A stretch of 64,000 nucleotides of DNA, taken from NCBI GenBank assembly GCA_010909165.1, contig MU008223.1, positions 120,131 through 184,130 on the forward strand, in the 5' to 3' direction. Origin of the DNA: Anthoceros angustus (Eukaryota > Plantae > Anthocerotophyta). The notes under the pieces are model-generated. The model ran no database searches and was not told the origin of the DNA. It saw only the letters and a list, made by a program, of their open reading frames with translations. A program made the position numbers and the translations under genes. Each line of letters opens with the position of its first letter. The first letter of the stretch is position 1. Shown here piece by piece: positions 24,835 through 36,163 of the stretch.

Positions 24835-27800
24835 TTGTTTGGTCACCAAGAATCTTTTCAACCTTTGCCGGTTTAGAAAGTCAGTCAAATCTCTTGTGGA
24901 TTAATCATGTGGTGTTCCAAATGTGTTGGACTCACTAAGTGGAAATTGGCTTGGTGTTCTGTGGCAATCGAGTTTCTCCCGCCTCATTCAAGGCTACACA
25001 TGCTGGTTTGATCCCCCTTCTCGTGGCCGCTGTGATTGCTTCCATTGTCCCCTCCATTCATGCTGAAATTCAATTGCACGATAGCGCAGCATGGCGTCGC
25101 TTGTGGTGATGGATGGCACCCATCCGCTGGAGGTCCTCTCATTCAACGATTGCAAGCTTGCCAATAACCAGATAGTGATGAAGGGATGAAGCTTCTTCAA
25201 ACCATTGAGCGTAACTTGGAGCAATGTGTCGTCAATGACGGTAGATGCACAAGCAGCTTGGACGAGGAAAGAGTTCGGATTGCCAAGGCTCAAGGTTGCA
25301 GTCGCATGAGCCCCGGCCCATGCTTCACAGAGGGCGGATTCAACCATCTCGGCTTCCCACGCCAACATGACGGAGGAGGACCGCACCTTCATGAAATACG
25401 CCCAAGCACAAGAAATAAAGGCAACAAACGGCGAGGGTTCCTCTCATGAGCAATGTCCATTCCTCTTGTTGCACCTAGGGACATTGAGGTCGATTGCTTG
25501 CCATCTCCACAAGATGTGGACTGGCTCTAACCTCTCTTACTTGGCACCTTCATCGCTGAAACTTTTCAAGTCCTTTGTAGGCTAAGTGATGAAGAAATGG
25601 CGCGCTAAGGGGATGGAAATGTGGCTTCTGGCCGGGTGACGCAATTTTGCTTTGATGCTACCAAATGCCGAATCGATGAGATGATGTTGTGTAGGGTAAA
25701 AGGCTGTGAAAACCAGGGAAGGACCATGATGACAAAACATGGTGGAATTGGCTCAGCCTACATCAAATGCATCGCCAAGATTTGTTGAACAGTGATGGTA
25801 GGGCTGCCCGCAATGGCGATCATCCGGTTTGACCAAGCCCTCGTTCATGGTACAAGATTTGGATGAGTTCTTTCTGGCGAGCCTCCGTGTTCAATGGTTG
25901 CCTTCACGACCCTTCGAATGCTGGCCAAAACCGTGATTGTGTGAAAGCCCACATTTCCTTCATGTATGTACGTGAAATGATCTTTGGATGGTGCTGCATT
26001 TGCCACTAACCCCACCCAAAGGCTCCTTGTTGCATTCTGGATCAGAAAACTCATGATAGAGAAAATGATCAAGCCTCCTTCCTTCACGGAAGAATGCGAT
26101 CGCTTGATGAAACAGAGTTGAGGTCCAATCAAAAATCCTATATGCGCAAAGCAAAGTCCGATGGGGACAAGCGAAAAGTCCTCACCAGAGGCACCTGTGG
26201 CAAGGTGTGGCCCTATGATGCACAATAGGTTTTCTAACAAATATCTACTATCGACAGAAAGAAGACTCTCCTATGGCTCGACATTAGCAACCTTAGCTCT
26301 CCAGCCTCGATCCGACACCGGCTCCTTCCAACACACATGGTGACGCACTCCCGGTGCCTCTTCTACCTCTAAGCCTCCTAGTGGACTACGGGAATCAAAC
26401 TCGTGATTTTGTAAGTTGCCGATGACCCTCTTTTCTTTGTCCGCTAATTTTTCCTTGGTTGCCTTTTCTGTGTCATCGATGATCCGGTGCTCGCATGTTG
26501 CTTTTGACATGAGAATGGCAATTAGTGAAGCATGCACCGATACCAATGGTTTCGTTCACACGTTGTCTCGTAATAGATTGGAACATTTGCAAGTGAAAAG
26601 TTTTGACCAAGCTACTAACATGCTTGGTGATGCCTCCTTGATGTTAGTCTTGGAAACTACCTTTGATGGAGACATGTTGCCTCCTTGAGGCAAGAGGTGT
26701 ACAAGCCTCGGAAAGTTTTGTGGATTTTCTTTTGAACTGGAGATAGTGTGCCCAGAGACACTTGCGTGTGCCCATCACAAAAGCGCTTCAAGCTTTTGTG
26801 GATCCTTTGACCATGGATCCCAATGATGGGGTGGCTCATGTTACCGCTGATTGTGCTCGTGAGGGACCGTAACCTCCAAGCACAACTCAAGATGGGATAA
26901 AGATCCCCTTGCCTCCCTCAACGTCCCGATCTTTGTGGAGAGTGTTCGGATTCTTTGCACAACTTGTGGAAATTTTCTTGGCACATGGGTGCAATCTGTT
27001 GATGAGCATGTTTTTGGCCCAAAATTGGCGCTCAGCTTCCAATCTTTGAGACAAGCCAAAAACAAAGGCTTTGGTCCTATGGTAGGACTCATGTTCGAAA
27101 ATTCATGCGCAAGGGATGAGCTCTCATGGCTCCTTAACCACCTCTATTGTTCGCCTTGATAAAGCCAACGCCCCTGCTTTTCAATGCACCTTCTATGTCG
27201 AAATGTGCCTTGAAAAGACTTTGTGATCCGGACTTTTCACCCCGGCCGGAAAATGGCACTTGGTTGCCTATCTCACATATCCCGAGTAACATTCAATTCC
27301 ACCGAAAGCATACTCCCGAGATTCCGGTGGACCAAGACTTTGGTCTCCCTACCTCATGGGAATTTTTAAACAGCATAAATTGAAGCATGTGTGGTTAACC
27401 AATGGACATGATTGTGTGTTCTCTATCTTGGCACCTACTCACATTTGCCACAAATCTTATTATTCCAATTTTAAGGGATTGGACCCTTGGGCTTCAAGAG
27501 GGCTATAAAACCTACTTGGAGTGGATACCTCAATGTTTTGGATCACGGAATCCGTGGTACAAGTGGCAATCAATCTCCCGCTAAAATACATTCCATTTTA
27601 GTCATGGATATTACGCGATGCTATGAGGCTATTCCACACAAGGGAAGACTCCCGAAGCCATGGCTTTTGTCTTAAAAGGCATACATGTCACGAACATGAG
27701 CAAAACTAAAACCTTATGGGTGAAATACTCACCCGCAAGGCTTTTGTGATTACAAGTGGGTTTATGATACACCTAGTTGCACCACCGGACCATGGATCCC

Positions 27801-28731
27801 TCTCCCATACGAGAGACTCCTAAGTCTCCACTTATGGCTTATGCAAGCAAAATGTCCAGCTTGGAAACCACGGTTGCAAACCTGCATCCCAATGGGCTTT
27901 TCATGCTCTCCACTTTGGTGCAACTTGTACTTCTTCTCCTATGAATGCCGCTTCATTCAACGCCTAGCACGACTAGGAAGAATCGATCTAATGGCACTGC
28001 TCAAAGAAGCTAGAAGATACATTGATGATATCCGGCTCAACCGCCACCGCTCACGAATTCTTGGACCCTAATGCTAAGCGTGATCATAATCCCTATTGGA
28101 CTCCACATTGTTGAAATCCAACAAGAGGTGGATGAAACTTACCTAATCGCCGAGGGCATCACACTTGGAAAGTCGGCCCACTTTCTAAACATGCAAATTC
28201 ATATTGAGGATCCCATCCTTGGAATTTATAAGACCTATAAGTTGACAAACGAAGGGCTCTCCCATTCAAATATGCACAATACATCCACTTGAACTCTAAT
28301 AGACCAATTCGCCAAGCATACAATGTAATTGTGTCTCAAGTGTTCCCTATCCTCTATGTATCTAGTGAGGCCTCACTAGCCTACATAGAACTCATGGAAC
28401 TTATTAAAGCCTTCATCAACAATGGCTTTAGGAACACAAGCTTAAAACCATTGTTAAAAATGCTTAATGCTTGGAACCTTCCTGGTCTTAAGTTCCCAAT
28501 TGAGGATCTTGTTAGCATGTTCAATTAATTTCCCACATAACTTCTCTCTATGGGATGGTTAGATAGATTTATGTATATGATGCTTCATGCATCATGTTTT
28601 TTCTCTCATTTTATTACAATTATATTTCCTTTGGTGGTATAAATATCCTTGGATCAAGGGCATTTGTATACCTCATTTGCCCCCCGATCCAAAAAGGAAT
28701 ATATTTGTAAATTCAACCAGGAGAGTGGAGG
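24835..28731 (+). mobile_element. Penelope-like retroelement copy 1 (Naiad/Chlamys-type), frameshifted ORF ending at 28528
   Basis: CVC (CxC) linker at 26763; VRLDKAN ~27150; DITRCYEAIPH 27607; IPMGFSCSPLWCNLYFFSYE 27886; RYIDDI 28015; SNRP..QAYNVIVSQ ~28295. The stop follows the thumb domain, with no C-terminal endonuclease. TCTA flanks both ends. Confidence 0.9.
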
Positions 28732-28751
28732 TATCTATCTATCTATCTATC

Positions 28752-31700
28752 CATCTATCCAAGAGAGAGTTATGTTCCCTATGAGATCCATGAATTTGCC
28801 CTTTGTGTGCCCATAGATTGGTGCTTCTAAATGATGTTTATCCATCCCAAACATCCCATCGATGAACTAAAAATCTATTCCTTCAATGTTTACGTAATAC
28901 TAATTTGTGAAGGAATTTTTATTGATTTTATTTATTATTTACCCTTTATTATTTTCTTACTAATATGGTTGTTTTCCTTGATTTTTGAGATAAATTTTAA
29001 TTCAAGATAGTCTAATATATGCAGTTTTATTTGTCTTTTGGATAATAAACTTGGAAGCGTGATGTTTACAAGTATCTTTCATATGTTTTGTTTTTGACCT
29101 TAGAGAGGTATCTAACCCATAAAAATGCACCATTAGACTCTTGATAACTATGGAGTGAATAGAATATGAATATGCTTGCCTTTTTCCAACTGGCTATCAC
29201 CTTTTAATGGTAGAAGGACATAGTGCCTTACCCACTTGGGCATATTATAATTAACACCATATGGGCCATGTGTACATTTATGACCTCGGACCTTGTTTCA
29301 CTTTTAATATATACTACTAGGCTATAAATGAGGATCGACCTATGTGCATGTTTGTTAAAGATGGGTTGATTCCTTGTGGGTTATCATTGGTAGGAATGCC
29401 CAATAGGATTATATAACTTGTGAGCTGGTTGGATAGAATTTGCTACCCAATGAAATCCCTTCCCTCCAAACTTTGGTTGGGGTTCCTCCCTTCCCTCTCC
29501 TATGCTTAGCCTCTACCTTTGATGATTGTCATTCTCTCTATTGCTCCTGCCCTCTATTTGCGTGATCACCTTACTTAGTACCTTGGTCTCTTTGTCGCGT
29601 TGCCTCCCCAAGCTAGCCATGGCTACCAAGGTTGAACCTTTTTCTCCTCTCTTCTACTTCACTATGCAACCTTAGAATTAGTGGATGTGCAATGGATCCC
29701 GTCTCACCAAGGATCCAGAAACGGGGCCGATGATCCCTTTTTGGTGGCTGAAGAAGGGAAGGGGGAGGGGGTGTTGACCAACACCATCTTTGTTCATCCA
29801 AGAAGCTAGACCTTGATTTGGTCATCCATGGTCTAGTCTTCTAAACCTCAAGTTGTTTTTTCGGATCTATGATCAAATTGGATAGATGACTCAATGACCG
29901 CTAGGGTTTGTGTCTTACGGATTCAAAATACGGTTTGATCAACACAAGATACTGCCCGCAGTCGTGGCTATGAATGTGTCGTTGTTCGGGCTGCAATTTT
30001 TGTCCGGATGCCTCGTATTGGATGCATGTCGGAATCGTCATCCTTTGGGATCGACTCAAGGTCCCGCTTAGGTGAAGCATCAACGCATCTTGCGTAGGTT
30101 TGACCGCATAATGGAGACCGATATTGATGTTTGATACATGTAGCAAGGAATGACGGTGGCCGTGGGAGGACAACGCAGTGTTGAATGACGTAAAATAGGT
30201 GGTATCTCGCTTGTTTCACGGACTTGAGCACAAGATTGCATGTGAATGGCTTCAAGATAGCATGCGATAGATATTGTGCTCGGATGCTCGCTAAGCTTGC
30301 ATCGGGATGTCGATCTAGTTTTGCATATCGCGCTACCACGGTTGGATGTATTGGCTGATAAGATTGCATCGGAATATTGGGAGTCCGCCGAGGACAAGGG
30401 CCTCTTTGGACGCGCTTTTGATCGGACAGGTTGGACGATCGCTGGTTTTGCGCCCTCGCCATCGCTCATGGATTGCTTGCTAGGAATCATTATCTCGGTT
30501 GAGGGTTCCACCGTGGCTCGCCGTGCTTGGAGCCATACAAAGTGGCGCGTGCGTGGCAGGCGTTGGTTTTGCTTCCACGATGGCTGTCGTTAATCGCTGG
30601 AAATTGATGTCGTGTGCATAGCACGGCCGCCACCTGGTGGGTGCTGGATATGCAGCCGGGTGGATCCAGACGGGTTGTACGTCGATCTAAAACGTGAAGG
30701 ATGACCATGCTACCGAATTTGCTTGGTGACCCGTCTCACGGAGAGGTGTGTCCGACGCCTCGAGGATCGACTATGGGCAAGAAAAAAGGGTCAGGGTCAG
30801 CCGGCTGATTGACCGTCACGGCCTCTTTGACGCGATTTTGACGGTTGGAGGATTGCTGGTTTTTCCGCTCCGCCATCGCTCATGGATTGCTTGAATGATG
30901 ACCATATGGTTTGACGTTCTGCGTGGCCTGCTTGGAGCCATACAAGTGGCGCGCAACGGTGAGACGACCGATGGTTTTGCTACCACGGTGGATGTTCCTT
31001 GATGGGAATTGGTGTCTGTGGTGATTAGCATGATGTCTTTCTCTGGCTGGTGGATCTTTGGATGGGCGGATGGGTGGATCCAGACGGTTGTCGATCTAAA
31101 ACTTGGCCGGATGGTACGCCAATCCTTTTGTCACAACCAGCTGGATCTGGTGATGATGGCGGGTCGACCGCACGGGCTTGATGCTGTGGGCGTGCGGCTG
31201 GAGAAAAGCGATCTGCAATACGCGTTTGCTTACTGCGAGAATGCATGAGGATGTGTGATTGAGATTGGTGCAACTTGATGAGAAAATGATGAACACGCAA
31301 GGAAGTGTGTGATGAGACCGGTGAGCGACTTGGAGAGAAAAGATGCAGTGTAGGTACCGCTATTGGTGACAATGATACGTGTGATGATGGAGCTGCGATT
31401 GGACGACGCCGCTTTGTTTGCCGCAAGGATGTGTATGAAATTAAGACGGTGAGACTAGTGAGCGAATCAAAAAGCGATGCTCATCAAGTGGATGCACTGC
31501 TTTGTTTGCCGCAAGCATCTGTAGGTATGTTTGAGACTCATGAGCGCCCGGAGAAAAACGATGTAGGCTGTGGATGCCGCGTTGTATACGCAAGGATGCA
31601 TGTGGGTGTTTGATGAGACCGATGAACGCCTAGAGAAAACAATGCATACGCACTTCGCTTTTGCAAGGATGCATGTGGTTTGTGATATTGAGACTGGTCG

Positions 31701-32245
31701 CAGCTTTGGAGAGAAAAACGAGACAGCTATAGATGCACACTACTCCTTGCTACAAGGATGCTTGGTAAAGGTTTTGATAACTTACGTGTGACATACCAAC
31801 CATGGACCACAAATGGTGAACTAGTCCATTACGCTACTTTGACAACCACACGAAATTAATGGTGACATGCATGATTTTCTCTCATGAGCTGATGTTCCTA
31901 TTTGTCTGTTGATCTGGTTGCTAGCATGCTGAAAAATGGAAGAGTGCTTATAGACATCTTGGTTCACTGTCGATTCGATGTAGGTGTAACTACTTACCAA
32001 GGGCCGACGGGGAAATTGCATACACATTGTACACAATCATCTGTGCACGCTACAAATGTGATATACTCATACCAAGGAGGCGGATCTGGATCTCTCACAC
32101 ATGGGGTTGCTTTTAATTAGGAGACCTATGGTTCGAACTTGGAAAATCCTTCCGACGGATTTTAAAATATATCTCTAAACAAAGAGCTTTGCTTGAAATG
32201 ACCTAGCTAGGTCGTGACTGCATTTATGCGATGTAGTCTAGGAAA
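28752..32245 (+). repeat. Array unit 3 (alpha subtype)
   Basis: Colinear with units 1 and 4 (GCTTAGGTGAAGCATC... variant). Confidence 0.9.
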
Positions 32246-32255
32246 TCTATCTATC

Positions 32256-35200
32256 TTGTTCGCTCTTGGTTTGGTCACCAAGAATCCTTTCAACCACTGG
32301 TTTAGAAAGTCTGCAGTTCAAATCTCTTGTGGATTAATCATCTGGTGGTGTTCACAAATGTGTTGGACTCACTAAGGTTGGAACTTTGGTGGTGGCAATG
32401 AGTTTCTCCCCCTCATTCACACACACATGCTGGTTTGATCCCCTTCTCGTGGTCACTGGTGATTGCTTCCATTGTCCCCCCCTCCATTCATGCTGAAATT
32501 CAATTGCACGAAGCGGGCAATTGATGTTGTGGTGATGGATGGCACCCCATCCGCTGGAGGTCCTCTCATTCAACGATTGGTGCAAGCTTGCCAATTCACT
32601 AACCAGATGTGATGAAGGGATGAAGCTTCTTCAAACCATTGAGCGAACTTGGAGCAATGTGTCAATGACATGCAACAATATTGACGAGGAAAGAGTTCGG
32701 ATTGCCAAGGCTCAAGGTTGCAATCGGTCAAGATGAGCCCATGCTTCAGAGGGCTGTGATTCAACCATCCTGCTTCCCCACCGCCAACATGACGGAGGAG
32801 GACCGCACCTTCATGCGAGTATGTCAAGCACAAGAAATAAAGCATGACGGCGAGGGTTTCCTCTCATGAGCGGTCCCATTCCTCTTGTTGCACCTAGGGA
32901 CATTGAGGTGATTGTGCTGCCATCTCCCACAAGATGTGATGGCTCTAACCTCTCTTACTTGGCACCTTCACCGCTGAAACTTTTCAAGTCCTTTGTAGGC
33001 TAAGTGATGAAGAAATGGCGATTGTTGAAGGCGTGGATGGAAATGTGGCTTGGGCTGGGTTTTGCAACCGGTAAATGCGCGATCTGCTTTTGATGCTACC
33101 AAATGCCGAATCGTGAGATGATGTTGTGTAGGGTAAAGGCTCGAAAACCGGTGGCCAGCGGGGAAGGACCATGACAAAACATGGTGGAATTGGCTCAGCC
33201 TTACATCAAATGCATCCGCCAAGATTTGTTGATGGATGGTAGGGCTGCCCGCAATGGCGATATCCGTTTGACCAAGCCCTCGTTCATGGTACGCATTTGG
33301 ATGAGTTCTTTCTGGCGAGCCTCCGTGTTCAATGGCTTGCCTTCACGATTCTGAATGGCCAAAACCGTGATTGTGTGAAAGCCCACATTTCCTTCATGTA
33401 TGGTGAAATGATGATGGTGCCGCATTTGCCACTAACCCCACCCAAAGGCTCCTTGTTGCATTCTGGATCGAAAACTCATGATAGAAAATGATCAAGCCTC
33501 CTTCCTTCACGGAAGAATGCGATCGTTGATGAAACAGAGTTGAGGTCCAATCAAAATCCTATATGCGCAAAGCAAAGTCCGATGGGGACAAGCACGAAAA
33601 GTCCTCACCAGAGGCACCCGTGGCAATAGGCAAGGTGGCCCTATGATGCACAATAGGTTTTCTAACAAATATGCCTGGTAGCGGCCCCTACTATCGAAAG
33701 AAGACTCTCCTATGGCTCGGACATTCGCTAGCAACCTTAGCTCTCCACCTCGATCCGACACCCGGCTCCTTCCAACACACATGGTGACGGCACTCAAGGT
33801 GCCTCTTCTACCTCTAAGCCTCCTAGTGGACTACGGAATCAAACTCCGTGATTTTTGTAAGTCGATGACCCTCTTTTCGTTGTCCCGGCTAATTTTTCCT
33901 TGGTTTTCCGGTGTCATCCCCGATGATCCGTGCTGCTGATCGCATGTTGCTTTTGACATGACTGAATGGCAGTGAAGCATGCACCGATACCAATGCTGGT
34001 TTCGTTCACATCTTGTAATAGATGTTGGAACATTTGCAAGTGAACGTTGACCAAGCTACTAACATGCTTGGTGATGCCTCCTTGATGCAACTAGTCTTGG
34101 AAACTACCTTTGGATGGAGACATGTTGCCTCCTTGAGGCAAGAGGTGTACAAGCCTGAAAGTTTTGTGGATTTTCTTTTGAACACGGAGATAGTGTGCCC
34201 GAGACACTTGCGTGTGCCCATCACAAAAGCGCTTCCAAGCTTTTGTGGATCCTTTGACCATGGATCCCAATGATGGGGTGGCTCATGTTCGTGACCGATT
34301 GTGCTCGTGAGGACCGTAACCTCCAAGCACAACTCAAGATGGGGACCGAAGAGATCCCCTTGCCTCCCTCAACGCCCCGGCCGTGGAGAGTGTTCGGATT
34401 CTTTTGCACAACTTGTGGAAATTTTCTTGGCACATGGGTGCAACTGTTGATGAGCATGTTTTGGCCCAAAATTGCGTTCACGGCTTCCAATCTTTGAGAC
34501 AAGCCAAAAACAAAGGCTTTGGTCCTATGGTAGGACTCATGTTCGGAAAATTCATGCGCAAGGGATGAGCTCTCATGGCTCCTTAACCACCTCTATTGTT
34601 CGCCTTGATAAAGCCAACACCACCTGTTTCAATGCACCTTCTATGTCGAAATGTGCCTTGAAAAGACTTTGTGATCCGGACTTTTCACCTGGAAAATGGC
34701 ACTTGGTTGCCTATCTCACATATCGAGTAACATTCAATTCCGTGAAGCATACCCCCGAGATTCCGGTGGACCAAGACTTTGGTCTCCTACCTCATGGGAA
34801 TTTTAAACAGCATAAATTGAAGCACGTGGTTAACCAATGGACATGATTGTGTGTTCTCTATCTTGGACCTACCACATTTGCCACAAATCTTATTATTCCA
34901 ATTTTAAGGATTGGACTTGGGCTTCAAGAGGGCTATAAAACCTACTTGGAGTGGATACCTCAATGTTTTGGATCACGAACTGGTACAAGTGGCAATCAAT
35001 CTCCTAAAATACATTCCATTTTAGTCGCGATATTACGCGATGCTATGAGGCTATTCCACACAAGGGAAGACTCTCCAAGCGCTTTTGTCTTAAAAGACAT
35101 ACGCTCATGTCATGCACACGAGCAAACTAAAACCTTATGGGTGAAATACTCATTCGCCCAAGAATTTTTGTGATTACAAGTGGGTTTATGATACACCTAC

Positions 35201-36139
35201 AGGACCATGGATCCCTCTCATACGAGAGACTCCTAAGTCTCCACTTATGGCTTATGCAAACCGCAATGTCCAGCTTGGAAACCACGCGGTTGCAAACCTC
35301 GGGCATCCCAATGGGCTTTTCATTCTCCACTTTGGTGCAACTTGTACTTCTTCTCCTATGAATGCCGCTTCATTCAACGCCTACGACTAGGAAGAATGAT
35401 CTAATGGCACTGCTCAAAGAAGCTAGAAGATACATTGATGATATCTCCGCTCAACCGCCATTCCACGATTCTTGGACCCTATTGCTAAGCGTGATCGATA
35501 ATCCCTATTGGATCTACCCCTCCACATTGTTGAAATCCAACAAGAGGTGGATGAAACTTACCTAATCCGAGGCATCACACTTGGAAAGTCGGCCCACTTT
35601 CTAAACATGCAAATTCATATTGAGGATCCCATCCTTGGAATTTATAAGACCTATAAGTTCGACAAACGAAGGGCTCTCCCATTCAAATATGCACAATACA
35701 TCCACTTGAACTCTAATAGACCAAGCCAAGCATACAATGTAATTGTCTCAAGTGTTCCCTATCCTCTATGTATCTAGTGAGGCCTCACTAGCCTACATAG
35801 AACTCATGGAACTTATTAAAGCCTTCATCAACAATGGCTTTAGGGAACACAAGCTTAAAACCATTGTTAAAAATGCTTAATGCTTGGAACCTTCGGTCTT
35901 AAGTTCCCAATTGAGGATCTTGTTAGCATGTTCAATTAATTTCCCACATAACTTCTCTCTATGGGATGGTTAGATAGATTTATGTATATGATGCTTCATG
36001 CATCATGTTTTTTCTATCATTTTATTATATTTCCTTTTTGGCTGGTATACAAATATCCTTGGATCAAGGGCATTTGTATACCTCATTTGCCCCGATCCAA
36101 AAGGAATATATTTGTAAATTCAACCAGGAGAGTGGAGGG
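32256..36139 (+). mobile_element. Penelope-like retroelement copy 2 (Naiad/Chlamys-type), frameshifted ORF ending at ~35939
   Basis: DTCVCPSQKRFQAFVDPLTMDPNDGVAHV at ~34203-34290; IVRLDKAN ~34595; GIPMG 35302; RYIDDI 35428; FLNMQIHI..YKFDKRRALPFKYAQYIHLNSNRP. Both termini match copy 1. Confidence 0.9.
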
Positions 36140-36163
36140 TATCTATCTATCTATCTATCTATC

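Noticed and set aside
24835-36160. Hammerhead ribozyme or short pseudo-LTR at the PLE ends
   Set aside because: No CTGAnGA...GAAA core with stems was seen by eye, and the 5' start does not repeat the 3' end. Absence of hammerheads is expected for Naiad/Chlamys. A covariance-model scan was not run.
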